64,000 bases of DNA from Naegleria gruberi (Eukaryota). The notes beneath the pieces are model-generated. The model worked only from the letters and a program-made list of their open reading frames with translations. It had not been told where the DNA came from and did no database searches. The stretch lies in the NCBI GenBank assembly GCA_000004985.1, contig GG738847.1; one strand, 5' to 3'. The first letter of the stretch is position 1, and each line of letters begins with the position of its first letter. Below, piece by piece: positions 43,487-54,477 of the stretch. A program made the translations under genes and the position numbers.

Positions 43487-44797
43487 ATGGGAGGCTATCC
43501 GAGTGCACTTTCCAATGGGAAAAAGACGAGTGAGAGTGTATCGATAGGGACTGGAATAAGTGTGTATTTGGATAATCAATCATCTACATCATCTAGTAAT
43601 AGACCTAATTCATCAACAAACAATTCAAGAAGTCAAAGTGACCCGAACATTTCAAGAAAAGGAACGTATAAAGCTACAGAGTCTAACAGAAGAAGCTTAC
43701 TCTTGAAAACATCGGATGAGGAATTAGCAAGAAACGAGGATGATGATATCAAGACGGATGTTTTCTCATCAGAACCAGAAAATCGATACGCACAATTTAA
43801 GGTTCTCCAAGAATCACTTCCTAAAACCAACCTTTCACCAAAGACACCACTCATTGCCCTAGACTCTTCAAACAGTCAAACCTCATATCACAAAAGAACT
43901 CCAATGGTTCAAAAGGAAGAATCCTATTCTCCAAGTGGTTCATCGTCTCGAAGCAGAAAAATCATCATTGAGGAAAGACCATTCTCACCTTCTAATAACC
44001 CAATTACCATTTCCTCCCCTAAAAATCAAGCAGCAATTCCAGATCCTCAGGGATTAACTATTGGCGTTCCTCTAAATCATTCCACTTCTGTGAGAATTGG
44101 AAAGAAGAAAACTCAAAGCTCAGAAATTGATGCTATACTTAACCCTAATTCTGAATTCCAAATGAAGAAAATTGACCCTTTTGCCATTCCACAACACAGA
44201 AATCAAAGATATGACAACAAGCCATCCGAAAAGAATGCTAAAGACTTGAAAAAGAAAACAACAGATCCGAATACTAAAATGGCCAACGATGTCGATAACT
44301 TCATTAACCTTATGCTTAGTAAAGACGCGGAGGAACCAGAACAGAATATCAACGATTTGAGAGAAGTGTCGTTACCAACTAATCCAGCTCACCTTACTCC
44401 TGTGACATACCATGGTGGAGCTAATAGAAGAAGAAAAAGTACAACTACTGAGGATGTAGACGATATTGAAAAACAGTTAGAAGCTCTGAAAAGATCTAGA
44501 TCCACATTCTCAACCAATAAGAGGAAAGATGTTCAACCTGTAAATAACCCAATGATTGTAGTTGTAGGAGGAGATCACACTCTGACAAAGGACAAATCTC
44601 TGTATAATGTTGGAGGAATAATTTCTGAAAAGAAGAAGATGGAATCAGCAAAAAGAAAAACGAGGAATAGAAGAAAGTCCTTCACAATGGACCTCGATAA
44701 TGAAGATGAAAGTGTTGGTGACGAAAGAGATGAATTTAATTTTGAGCTTGAAACTGAGTGTGCAACAGAGTATACAGAAAGCGAATTCGAGAATTAA
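43487..44797 (+). CDS. Hypothetical S/N/K-rich low-complexity protein with an N-terminal MGxxxS myristoylation-type motif.
   Basis: 436-aa ORF beginning MGGYPSA. No recognisable domain. Confidence 0.4.
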   Translation: MGGYPSALSNGKKTSESVSIGTGISVYLDNQSSTSSSNRPNSSTNNSRSQSDPNISRKGTYKATESNRRSLLLKTSDEELARNEDDDIKTDVFSSEPENRYAQFKVLQESLPKTNLSPKTPLIALDSSNSQTSYHKRTPMVQKEESYSPSGSSSRSRKIIIEERPFSPSNNPITISSPKNQAAIPDPQGLTIGVPLNHSTSVRIGKKKTQSSEIDAILNPNSEFQMKKIDPFAIPQHRNQRYDNKPSEKNAKDLKKKTTDPNTKMANDVDNFINLMLSKDAEEPEQNINDLREVSLPTNPAHLTPVTYHGGANRRRKSTTTEDVDDIEKQLEALKRSRSTFSTNKRKDVQPVNNPMIVVVGGDHTLTKDKSLYNVGGIISEKKKMESAKRKTRNRRKSFTMDLDNEDESVGDERDEFNFELETECATEYTESEFEN

Positions 44798-44910
44798 ACT
44801 TATTTTTTTAAATCAAACATAAAATCTTGTAAATCTTGAAAATGAAACCGTGCAGTTCAATATTAATTTATCTATTTTTAAAAACAAATAATTAGAAAAA
44901 TAATCAAAAC

Positions 44911-46458
44911 ATGCTCTCTCAACTTGAAACCCTTCCAAACGAAATTATTCTCCACATTCTTCACTACATTGATGACAATGAATGCTTCCATTCAACATGT
45001 TTCACTAAAAAGTATTGGCTACTAACTATTTGGCCATACAGAAAGGAGAAACTGGCCATCAATTCTTATTCCGACCTTGACAGATATTTGCAAAATGTTA
45101 GTAATAATACCAATAACAAGGTATCATCAGCAAAGAATTCAACTATCGGATCAGTTGTAGGAGCCATCAATGCATCATCAAGAGCAACCCACATTGAAGA
45201 AAAGAAAATTTCTACTAAAATTCTATATGATTATTTCGATAGATTTACTCACTTGAAGGAAATTTCTCTTGTAAATTGTGGATTAAACGATTCAAGTCTT
45301 GAAAAACTTTGTTCCATCAATAAGAGAGGATTAATATCATTGAACATTTCTAAGAACAAGAATTTAACGTGGGCCAATACACAAAAGTGTATCATGCTTT
45401 GTGAGAATATCAAGAGTTTGGATATTTCATACAATTTTCAAGCTAGCACACCAAATCAAAATACACAAAATACTTGGATAGAAAGTTTGACATTACCAAT
45501 GTCACTAGAACGATTGAACATTTCTGGATTCCTATCGGAAATTCCTGATTTTGAATCACTTTTTAAACTAATCAAGAAATTTTCAAAGGAAAATCAAGAA
45601 ACCGAGCATCCAATAATCAAAGTATTCACAGCAAATCACTTGACCGAATTTTCACTCCTCAAACCAGAATATTTGAAAACTTTGCGAGAATTATCTAAAA
45701 AGACAATGATAGAAATGTATAACCATTGCTTTATTTTCCTCAAGTCATTGACATTTGTGGAGATTTATACATCACTGGGATTTTATCCTGCCACTGAATT
45801 GATTAACGAATGTATCATTAAGGGTCACACTCGTTCATTGGAATTATTGGCCTCGATTGACTTTCCATTTAATGAAATTTCATTGGGCGTACTGGAGGAA
45901 GCCATCCTTGCTGGACATTCATCTATTATTTCTAAACTCAGAGTTTTGGGATTTACTCGTTTCGACGATATTAGTGATGACCTCTTGGATAAGTTAGTTA
46001 CAAAGGGAGATGCAGCTGCCATTACAGAACTTCGTTCATGCAATGTACCTAGAAGAAAGTGGGATCTCATCACTTTATCAGCAGTTGAAACAGCTGTTAG
46101 AAATGGTAATAAGGATGTACTCGAACACATTAGAATGCTCAACCTGGGAGATTTACTGAAACAAGTTGCTATTGAACATGTGGAATATGCATTGGAACGT
46201 GGTCACTCTGGTATTCTCAAACAATTAACCAGTTGCAATTATCAATACCTTAATGATATTAATGCACAAATTCTGGCAAACATTGTAGCCAAATCTGTTA
46301 CTTTTGAAATTGTCCTAAGAAATGCAGGATACAAAAATCTGACAGAAATCAAGTCACTCATCAAACAACAAACCAACACCAAACCAGAGAAGAAAGCAAA
46401 GAAGGAATCCAAGAAGGAAAAGAAGAAGACAACCACAACAGCAACAAGCTCCAAATAA
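44911..46458 (+). CDS. F-box protein with LRR-like and ankyrin-like repeats and a lysine-rich C-terminus.
   Basis: N-terminal F-box consensus LPNEIILHILHYID. Later ANK-like units (AVRNGNKDVLEHI; ALERGHSGILKQL). Confidence 0.45.
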   Translation: MLSQLETLPNEIILHILHYIDDNECFHSTCFTKKYWLLTIWPYRKEKLAINSYSDLDRYLQNVSNNTNNKVSSAKNSTIGSVVGAINASSRATHIEEKKISTKILYDYFDRFTHLKEISLVNCGLNDSSLEKLCSINKRGLISLNISKNKNLTWANTQKCIMLCENIKSLDISYNFQASTPNQNTQNTWIESLTLPMSLERLNISGFLSEIPDFESLFKLIKKFSKENQETEHPIIKVFTANHLTEFSLLKPEYLKTLRELSKKTMIEMYNHCFIFLKSLTFVEIYTSLGFYPATELINECIIKGHTRSLELLASIDFPFNEISLGVLEEAILAGHSSIISKLRVLGFTRFDDISDDLLDKLVTKGDAAAITELRSCNVPRRKWDLITLSAVETAVRNGNKDVLEHIRMLNLGDLLKQVAIEHVEYALERGHSGILKQLTSCNYQYLNDINAQILANIVAKSVTFEIVLRNAGYKNLTEIKSLIKQQTNTKPEKKAKKESKKEKKKTTTTATSSK

Positions 46459-46462
46459 AAAA

Positions 46463-47695
46463 ATGGAATCACTGATTTGCCTTCCACCTTTTGAATCTTT
46501 CATCGGAAAAACAATTTCATCTCTGCCAACTCCATGTCTGGTGATTGATCAAGTTGTTTATTATGAAAATTTAAAGAATTTGAAAGAGTATGTTGATGGA
46601 AAAGTAGCAATACGACCACACTTTAAAGCACACAAGGTAAGTTTGATGTTTAATTACAATATTAAATTATATTGTTAGACTCCAGCAATAGCTTCCGATC
46701 AAATTTTAATTGGAGGAGGATGTGGAGTTTGCTGTCAGAAAGTGAGTGAAGCAGTAGAGGCCATCTCCACAGTGGATGATGTTTTAATTTCGAATCAAGT
46801 TGTGAGTGTGGAGAAATTAAAGTTGATCATTAGGATGAATAATTTGCAAAACAAGACAGTTTCACTTTGCGTTGATAATTGTGGGGTGATTGAATTGTTG
46901 GATAAATTGATGGATGGTGAATCAAAGAAATTAAATCTTGTTGTGGAATATAATGTGGGACAGAATAGGTGTGGAGTTGAGAGTCAGGATCAAGTATTGG
47001 ACCTTGTCAAAATTATTAATGAGAGTAGACATTTGAATTTTAAAGGCATTCAATGCTATAATGGCTCTAATCAACACATCAAGTCATATGAAGAAAGAAA
47101 GTTGGCAACTCAAAAAGTTGTGGAAAAGACAAGGAGTTTGGTTGACTTTTTGGAAGAGAAGGGAATTAAAGTTGAGTATGTAACTGGTGGAGGTACTGGC
47201 ACTTTTGAATTTGAAATGAATTCTGGAGTTTTCACAGAAATTCAACCAGGTTCATGGCTATTTGGTGATGCTGATTATGGATCTATCATGACCAAAAACA
47301 ACAAACCAGTCTTGGAAGATGATTCACACTTTTACTCACAGTCATTGTACATTCTCTCCACTGTTGTGAGCAAGACAGAAGGTAAAAGGGTAGTATTGGA
47401 TGCAGGACTCAAAGCCTCAACTATTGATAGTGGCAATCCAATTCTGAAAGAACCTCAAATGAGAGTACTCAAATATAATTTTGGTGGTGATGAACATGGC
47501 ATTCTTTCTGTGAATGAGAATGAAAAATCCAAGGACTTGATTGATCAAATTAATGTTGGAGATCAAATTCAATTAATCCCAGGACATGTGGATCCAACTT
47601 TTAATATGTACGATTCAATAATATTCTATAACAGTAGAGAAAATAATTTAGTGACACGAGTTGAAAAAATCAAAGCACGTGGACCAGGTATTTAA
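46463..47695 (+). CDS. D-serine dehydratase-like protein (fold-type III PLP enzyme, alanine-racemase N-terminal domain family, DSD1 type). Two exons: 46463..46636 and 46679..47695.
   Basis: Intron of 42 nt (GTAAGT...TGTTAG), phase 0. The motif RPHFKAHK with the PLP-lysine context is characteristic of DSD1/D-threo-3-hydroxyaspartate dehydratase-type enzymes. A C-terminal beta domain is present. The stop codon overlaps the RidA stop on the opposite strand. Confidence 0.65.
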
Positions 47696-48153
47696 TTCTT
47701 GTAAGCAACAACTTCCATTCCAATAAGAGCATTCTTTGGTAATTGAGAAACTGCAAAACAACCTCTTGCAGGTTTGTTATCAGTGAAATATTCTACATAA
47801 ATTTTGTTTACAGCATCAAAGTTATCCATACTAGTCAAGAGAATTGTTGTTTTCAATACTTGTGACAAGCTTGATCCACAATCTTCAAGTACATTTGTAA
47901 TGTTTTTCAAGGTTTGATGAGTTTGAGCATAAACATCACCATGTTCTTCGCTTGTTGCCAGTTTTCCTATGGCTGGATCAAGTCCAAATTGTCCACTCAA
48001 GAAAATCAAACGATCGTCAAAGATTGAAGCATGTGAGTATGGTCCGAGAGCAGCTAGAAGAAGTTGAATTAATTGAAATAAAAAATTTAAATACATACCA
48101 GGAGCTTTATCAGAGTTCAAGAGTGTGTGATTGATCTTGTTGTTATCAGACAT
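47692..48153 (-). CDS. RIDA: RidA / YjgF / UK114-family reactive enamine-imine deaminase. Two exons: 48099..48153 and 47692..48053, with a 45-nt GTATGT...TCTAG intron at 48054..48098.
   Basis: Conserved RidA blocks (GPYSHASIF...FLSGQ...TTILLTSMDNFDAVNKIY...ARGCFAVSQLPKNALIGMEVVAY). 139 aa after splicing. Its 3' end overlaps the 3' end of the D-serine-dehydratase-like gene by 4 nt. Confidence 0.8.
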   Translation of the reverse strand: MSDNNKINHTLLNSDKAPGMYLNFLFQLIQLLLAALGPYSHASIFDDRLIFLSGQFGLDPAIGKLATSEEHGDVYAQTHQTLKNITNVLEDCGSSLSQVLKTTILLTSMDNFDAVNKIYVEYFTDNKPARGCFAVSQLPKNALIGMEVVAYKN

Positions 48154-48202
48154 TTTCTTTTTGTTTTATTTAAAAATAAAAAGTAAAATATTGTAAAATC
48201 TT

Positions 48203-48275
48203 CTCCCCCTGGTGGGCTCGAACCACCGACCTGCAGATTAACAGTCTGACGCTCTACCGACTGAGCTAAGGGGGA
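48203..48275 (-). tRNA. tRNA-Asn, anticodon GTT.
   Basis: The reverse complement gives TCCCCCT acceptor, TAGCTCAGTCGGTAGAGC D-arm, anticodon loop CTGTTAA, T-arm GGTGGTTCGAGCCCACC, and 3' acceptor AGGGGGA that pairs perfectly. T-runs follow downstream in the transcribed sense. Confidence 0.85.
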
Positions 48276-48350
48276 CGCTTGCCAATATGAATTCCTTAAT
48301 AAAATACTCTACCGTTACTCATTGCCCTAAACTAATGATTCTCTCTATCA

Positions 48351-49754
48351 ATGGTTGTTGCTTCTCTCAAAACATGTCCATTAAAAACCTTAAAAAAAAT
48401 GATCAACTCATCTCCCTTTTCCCGCTCGCAACTTGATGATTCATATCAGAGCTCAAGTTTTCAAGGAGAAGATTATCCAAGTGTTTCGGGACATAAGGAA
48501 TTTACTCCCACCAACAATAGATACAAACAAGATCCAGTTGAAAATGAAAATTCCTTTCAAAAAAACAATTTGAATGGATTGGACAGAAGTTTTGGAGGAC
48601 TTTCATCAAATTCAGTTGAGGCTAGACAAATTCAATTCTCGAGCAGTAGAGAAACACAAGATTACAACAACATGGGAGAAAAGAACTTTACTAGTCCTCT
48701 GAGACACTCCACTAGTAATTATCCAGCGATATTTCAACAACAACAGCAACAACAAACCTTAGAATTTTCACCTCCTCGTGTAACATCATCTCTCCGTTCC
48801 TCATATTCTGGAATTAATAATATTCATACCAGGCCAACCTCTCCTAAGTATCATCAACCTCTCCTCAATACCATCAACAAACCTTCATCTGAACCGCCTC
48901 AAGTATTTTCGCCATCTTCATCCATCAGCTCATGTCCAGTGAGTCCAATAGTGAAAGATCATATTGGTACAAGTTTTGGTTTTGAATCATCTAGTTTAGT
49001 TAAAATACCAAAAAACACTGCTAATTATCATGCACATTTCTCAACTCCAACTAGTTCATATGTCAGAGCTGCTAGTGAGAAGGGTATTCCTCTCTGTAAA
49101 TTACACCAACTTCCTGTAGATATTTTATGTAAGGAGTGTTCTGAATTGATTTGTGCAAAATGTTCAAGAAGTTCTGTTCACAACTCTCACGATTGTCAAT
49201 TAATAGACGAAATGGATAGAGAAAAGGAGTGTAGAGATATCAGATCAACTGTGGAAGTTTTAGAATCTAGAGTAAGTAAGATCCAACAAGCTTGTGGAAC
49301 TCCATATGAATTGGATCTAATGAATCGACAACACGAAGAAGCAGTAAATGATATTAAGCGAGATTTTGAAAAAGCTAGAGATTATCTATACAGAAAGGAA
49401 CAAGAACTTCTTGAATCCCTATCAATGATTGTCCAATCCAGAGTTCAATTTTCTCAGGATGTCACCTCGACCAGAAGAAAATTAGAAGATGCTGGATCAA
49501 TGTATCCCATCGAGAGTGTTTCCAACTATGACATTGCCAATAACAAGTACAGTACTGTTTCAAATCTGAAAGAAAAGGTTGAATTCTTGGAAATTAAATT
49601 AAAATTCAATGGTTCCTGCATTGATCAAGATGGAATGGAGCTTCAACAAAAAGCAAAAGATGTTTCTGCTAAAATTTCAGAACTTTCTCAACATTTTGAG
49701 TTGAAAAATTATCCATTCTATTCCACTTTGAAAACAAACTATAAGGACATGTAA
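48351..49754 (+). CDS. B-box zinc finger plus coiled-coil protein (TRIM-like without an evident RING). Hypothetical.
   Basis: B-box type Cys/His pattern CKLHQLPVDILCKECSELICAKCSRSSVHNSHDC followed by predicted coiled coil. Poly-Q/S-rich N-terminus. Confidence 0.45.
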   Translation: MVVASLKTCPLKTLKKMINSSPFSRSQLDDSYQSSSFQGEDYPSVSGHKEFTPTNNRYKQDPVENENSFQKNNLNGLDRSFGGLSSNSVEARQIQFSSSRETQDYNNMGEKNFTSPLRHSTSNYPAIFQQQQQQQTLEFSPPRVTSSLRSSYSGINNIHTRPTSPKYHQPLLNTINKPSSEPPQVFSPSSSISSCPVSPIVKDHIGTSFGFESSSLVKIPKNTANYHAHFSTPTSSYVRAASEKGIPLCKLHQLPVDILCKECSELICAKCSRSSVHNSHDCQLIDEMDREKECRDIRSTVEVLESRVSKIQQACGTPYELDLMNRQHEEAVNDIKRDFEKARDYLYRKEQELLESLSMIVQSRVQFSQDVTSTRRKLEDAGSMYPIESVSNYDIANNKYSTVSNLKEKVEFLEIKLKFNGSCIDQDGMELQQKAKDVSAKISELSQHFELKNYPFYSTLKTNYKDM

Positions 49755-49910
49755 AAACTGCTGCTAGGTAATAAATAAACAATATTATTCAATATGTATT
49801 GTAACATTTCCCTCCTTTTCGGTTGTTAATATTGAAAATACAAAATGTTCTTTGTGCATTCTTCCCGCCAAACTTTTACTCCTTTTCTACACTTTTTTAT
49901 TATTTAAAAA

Positions 49911-51923
49911 ATGTTTCAAAACCAGACTGCTATGCGGTCAAAGTATAACTCTGCTATTGGTGATGATTATTCTGGTGGATATGCTGGCGGGATGGACAGA
50001 AACGACTTTTCAAAACCAAAAACTACAACACAAAAACTTCCATGGGATGTTGAGCCTTCTCAAAAGGTTCAACCAACCAACAAATTAAGTTCCTATCGAG
50101 TATCTAATTCTGTTTCAAGCAATGGAAGTATAAGCTCATCGGGTAGACCTTCGAGGATTAATAGTGGATCTGCTGTACCAATGTTTGAAGAGGATAATGA
50201 TGATGAATCAACCCCGAGATCATCCTATTCAAATTATTATGAAGATATTTCTACCAACTCTGGTAAACAATCCATTTCTTATTACCAGCAACAAATGGCA
50301 AAAAAGTCAACATCTTACACTCCATCATATGATGAGGATGGTGATTCAAGAAAGGGAATGGATGACTCGAGAAAAATTAGGAAACAATCTGCACCTCCAA
50401 CTTCTTCCAAGACCACAACTTCAACTTCAAATGGTGGTTCAAAACCATCCTCTAGGAGCTCATCAAGGTTATCAAATAGAAGCGATTCCTATGAAGAAGA
50501 TGTTGATGTTAGAGGTTCTGTCCAGAGATATGATTCTGCAATTAAGGCAGTTGTAAATACAGCACAATCACCAAGCAAACCAAGATTGAGTGCGAATAGA
50601 ACTAAACAACCAATTTCTGGAAGCGGAACTCCAAATAGTGCCAGAGAAACTATTGTTGCAGGTCCAAACACTACTGTTGCAAAACCATCTAGGGTAGCTC
50701 AAGAAAAACTTTCTTCGGAGCCATCTCCGTCCATCAGCGAAAGATCTGTAATAGGATCAAAAAGGCCCTCAAAAATTTTAATTGAAGCATCAATAACTCC
50801 TCTAGCTCTTTTCAACAGAGAATTATCAATTAAGGATATAACAATTGTTCCAGAAGAAAAACCAGTGTCAAGACCAAAGATCAAATTTATTCCTCGAAAA
50901 CATGGAACAACAGCATTTGTACAAAGTAGTTCAAGACCTGAAATAGCTCAAAAGAGAGAAATGCCACCACCTTCTAAAGTTGTTCCTCCTTCTAAAAAAC
51001 CAATTGCTCAACCTCAACCAAAGAAGGCTCCTCCTCCACCAATTTATGATGAAGAAGAGGAAGAAGAAGAGGAAGAAGATGACGAATATTACAAGCAAGA
51101 ATTCGAAGAGGAAGAGGAAGAAGAGGAAGAAGAGGAAGAAGAATACATTCCTCCTCCAAAGAAAACTACTTCTAAACCATCAGCTCCAAAGCAGCAACAA
51201 AAACCAGCTTCAAAGGCTGCAACCTCCAGGGTAAATGCTGCAGTAGCATCCACTGTACCTGTGGATATTGACAGTCAACCAATTGGAGGAGGTGGAAAGG
51301 CAAACAGCATGAGCTTGTTTGAAAAGATGTTAGAAGAAGAAATGAGAAAAGGTGATGCTGTGGCAAAAAGAAAAGAAACAGAAAGAAAATGTCCATACTG
51401 TAACGAAATGGTAGAGGTAGACTATTTCTTGGATCACAAGAAAGAATGTAAAGAAAAGGAAACAAAACCTAAAGCAAAGAAGATGAGTTTTATTCCTGAT
51501 GAATTGAAAGAAGAAGCTGAAAAGGCTAAACGAAACGCCAAACCTTACAAAAAGAAGGCAAGTGTTTGGAGAAAACAACATCAAGAATTCATTAATGTTG
51601 CTGGTAAAAACCCAGAACCTACAATTAAAAACGAAGAATTGGACGACAGAATCCAATGCGAATATTGTGGAAGAAAGTTTGCAGAAGAAACTCATAAGAG
51701 ACACGTGATATCTTGTGGTGAACGAGCAGCCAAGAGCAAGATAAAAGATCGAGGAACAAGTGGAAAGGCTACTAATCAAAGCGTTTCATCTGCATCGTCC
51801 AGTACTGGACTGCCAAGAAAGAATTCCACCAGCTCAGCATCTTCAACATCTCGGCAATCATCTGGGCTTTCTGCCACTCGCTCAACAAAGCCAACAATAG
51901 GATCCAGTACAAAACGATACTAG
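49911..51923 (+). CDS. S/P-rich protein with a poly-Glu tract and two C-terminal C2HC-type zinc fingers (ZC2HC1/FAM164-like).
   Basis: CPYCNEMVEVDYFLDHKKEC and CEYCGRKFAEETHKRHVISC match the CxxCgRxFxxxxlxxHxxxC pattern of ZC2HC1 proteins. 670 aa. Confidence 0.45.
   Translation: MFQNQTAMRSKYNSAIGDDYSGGYAGGMDRNDFSKPKTTTQKLPWDVEPSQKVQPTNKLSSYRVSNSVSSNGSISSSGRPSRINSGSAVPMFEEDNDDESTPRSSYSNYYEDISTNSGKQSISYYQQQMAKKSTSYTPSYDEDGDSRKGMDDSRKIRKQSAPPTSSKTTTSTSNGGSKPSSRSSSRLSNRSDSYEEDVDVRGSVQRYDSAIKAVVNTAQSPSKPRLSANRTKQPISGSGTPNSARETIVAGPNTTVAKPSRVAQEKLSSEPSPSISERSVIGSKRPSKILIEASITPLALFNRELSIKDITIVPEEKPVSRPKIKFIPRKHGTTAFVQSSSRPEIAQKREMPPPSKVVPPSKKPIAQPQPKKAPPPPIYDEEEEEEEEEDDEYYKQEFEEEEEEEEEEEEEYIPPPKKTTSKPSAPKQQQKPASKAATSRVNAAVASTVPVDIDSQPIGGGGKANSMSLFEKMLEEEMRKGDAVAKRKETERKCPYCNEMVEVDYFLDHKKECKEKETKPKAKKMSFIPDELKEEAEKAKRNAKPYKKKASVWRKQHQEFINVAGKNPEPTIKNEELDDRIQCEYCGRKFAEETHKRHVISCGERAAKSKIKDRGTSGKATNQSVSSASSSTGLPRKNSTSSASSTSRQSSGLSATRSTKPTIGSSTKRY
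51049..51143 (+). repeat. Coding (GAA/GAG)n microsatellite encoding a poly-Glu run.
   Basis: Direct reading: gaagaagaggaagaagaagaggaa...gaggaagaggaagaagaggaagaagaggaagaagaa, within CDS 49911..51923. Confidence 0.8.
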
Positions 51924-51949
51924 CAATAATTGTAATATTAAATAATAAT

Positions 51950-54085
51950 TTAAATTTTATTCTCTGTAGTTTCTTGGTTAAATTGTTGGTAGTCTGCTTG
52001 AGAATCTCCCAAATCCAAGGCACTTGCGTTTAGTATTGGATTATCAGTAATAACATTATTATTTGGATTTCTAGTGCTAGAGAGAGCATTTTGGATGTCA
52101 AGCTTTTCTTGTTGTTTAGTTTCGGCAATGATTTTCTCTCGTTTGGACTTTCTCTTTTGTCTTAATAATATTAATCCATTCTCCATCAATTCTGCTGGAA
52201 TAGTATCCCAACAATAGAATGTTCTCCATCTATACTTTTTAAATCCAGCAATTCTCTCAAAAACTCTAAAAAAAGATAAAATGCAAACTAAAACAATTAA
52301 AATCATTGGGAATTGTTTCAAAACATTTGTAATTAAATCTCCAATAATTGGTCCTCCCAAACTATCAGGGAAAATTCTAAAATCTAAAATACCAACTGCA
52401 CTAAAGAAGGCAACTCCATCATCTTGCTTAATATCCAATAAGAGTAAGAAATTATAGCACAAAGATGGAACTGCTCTACAAATAAGGGAAGCTGAAAAGT
52501 ATAATGAGTAAGTATCAGTATAACTTGGTACCATTTTAAATATTTTGAAAAGTCTAACCTTAAACATTCCTCCAAGCATTAGCAAAATGATACAAACAAC
52601 CATTAATAAAGAAACAATTTGAATGAGGGGACTGCTTCCTGTTTTAACACAACGTTGAATAATTTCATAGAAAATAGAAGTACCTGTCTCTTCAGCTAGT
52701 GAAAAGACACTTGGAGCAAATTCACTATACAAAATTACTATGGCGAAGGAAACAGCAACAGTAGCTAAAACCTTATAATAAATCCAATGAACAAATCTAT
52801 AGTAAAAATACAAGTAGGTTCTCCAAAATCGATTCATTGGTCTAAAATCAGACACAATTTCTCTTTTGAATAAAGGGTGATTACTTGGATAGGTACAGCA
52901 TCTAATCACATCTTGTAAATAAAATGTTTCATTGAGAGTATTTTCCCATTCATATCTATTAGCTCTGTATTCTCTCATTGCTCTTTGAATTTCTGCATGA
53001 ATCTTCACACAGGTAGATCTTGTGCATGTCTTTTTCTTACTTTCCTCTGGGCATAATCTCTGTAGAGAACCCACTTCGAGGAATTTGTCAAAAGTTTGCT
53101 TGTTATAATTGGTACAGTCTTTCAATTCAATAGAATTGACAACTTTTTGTAATTTTGGAAATTCTTCGATAATGCTGTCGCATGTCTTTGAAACTGCATC
53201 AATATACCAATAGAGTTTGTGCTCTTTTGTGACAATTTTACTAACTTCTCTCACAGTGACAACCATTTCAGCTAGAGCTCTCTCCTCCTTTTTCATTTTA
53301 CTTCTCTTTCCAGTTGATTCAATACAATTCCACTTGATAATTCTTTCAACATTTGATTTTCTCCACAAGGTTCTAGGCATTTTCACAATACCATATCCTA
53401 AAAATATAGAAAATAGAATTAAACCAAAAAGGTTAGATAATGCAACACCAACGTTGATAAGGAAAGAAAAACTTAAAAGTGTCTTGTCAGCAATTACCAA
53501 AAATATGACAAAAATCACAATTACAACTCCAGCAATAATACCCAAAATTGAGTAGGTAATAATATGTGATAGAACAGATCTGATAAACTTTCCATAAAAT
53601 GTAAATTCACCAGTGTAGGCATAATTTTGTAAAATTGGTAAAACAATCCAAGATAATATTTGTAAACTAAAATAGATAATATACCAACAAATTTCCAAAG
53701 CTGTATCAGGTAAAACACCTGAACTTGTTAAAGCCAAACTGACATCTAATGTAATTAAGGATACAGAACTAAATAAGAATGTGTAATTTAGAAATAATGG
53801 AACGTAGAGAAACCATGATACAAATTTCTTATTTTGTGAAGTGTAATAACGTAAAAGTGCATATGCCAACACTGCAGCTACAATAATAGAAATTACAAGG
53901 GAAATGTAGAAAAACCACGCATCCGTCGCACCAACCTTTGTATCCAGAGTCGAATTTGCTGTAGTGTTAAAGAAGAAGGGAGTGTACGTTCCAAAGGAGG
54001 TGGTAGTACTATTACTAGAATTATTGAATAACGGTACTATTGTTTCATAAAGTGTCCTCTCAAGGGAATATGACTCAAATCCCAT
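51950..54085 (-). CDS. LMBRD2: LMBR1 domain-containing protein 2 (LMBRD2) homolog, a multi-pass membrane protein.
   Basis: Strong colinear similarity to LMBRD2 blocks: LPDTALEICWYIIYFSLQILSWIVLPILQNYAYTGEFTFYGK (compare ...[33 protein letters not shown]), GYGIVKMPRTLWRKS, and the central coiled-coil loop. 711 aa. Confidence 0.75.
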   Translation of the reverse strand: MGFESYSLERTLYETIVPLFNNSSNSTTTSFGTYTPFFFNTTANSTLDTKVGATDAWFFYISLVISIIVAAVLAYALLRYYTSQNKKFVSWFLYVPLFLNYTFLFSSVSLITLDVSLALTSSGVLPDTALEICWYIIYFSLQILSWIVLPILQNYAYTGEFTFYGKFIRSVLSHIITYSILGIIAGVVIVIFVIFLVIADKTLLSFSFLINVGVALSNLFGLILFSIFLGYGIVKMPRTLWRKSNVERIIKWNCIESTGKRSKMKKEERALAEMVVTVREVSKIVTKEHKLYWYIDAVSKTCDSIIEEFPKLQKVVNSIELKDCTNYNKQTFDKFLEVGSLQRLCPEESKKKTCTRSTCVKIHAEIQRAMREYRANRYEWENTLNETFYLQDVIRCCTYPSNHPLFKREIVSDFRPMNRFWRTYLYFYYRFVHWIYYKVLATVAVSFAIVILYSEFAPSVFSLAEETGTSIFYEIIQRCVKTGSSPLIQIVSLLMVVCIILLMLGGMFKVRLFKIFKMVPSYTDTYSLYFSASLICRAVPSLCYNFLLLLDIKQDDGVAFFSAVGILDFRIFPDSLGGPIIGDLITNVLKQFPMILIVLVCILSFFRVFERIAGFKKYRWRTFYCWDTIPAELMENGLILLRQKRKSKREKIIAETKQQEKLDIQNALSSTRNPNNNVITDNPILNASALDLGDSQADYQQFNQETTENKI

Positions 54086-54477
54086 GATGCTAATTTAATG
54101 ATGACCAAGCCTATAATAACATGAAACTCTTAATAGAGAGAGTTGAAGAGGAGAGATGTGAGGTTATTTTTTAAGATGATAATATCATTCATGGCAACGG
54201 TAAATGCTCACCGCTCGACGATTAATCGATCTTCTCGAATGTGAAAATGTTAATATGCATTGAATCATAGAGGTATTGTAATAATGCTGTAGATAAGGAA
54301 AAGGAATGGGTTCACAATTAATTGAAACACACTATTGTTGATTCAGTTGTGGTGGTAATACTTTGAATTTCCTTACACTTTCTCGAATTATTATTAGATC
54401 AATTTGGTTGTTGAAATGAAAACAAATAATTGAAATATAAATAACATAAAAAACAAAAAAACAAGCATCCACTACTG

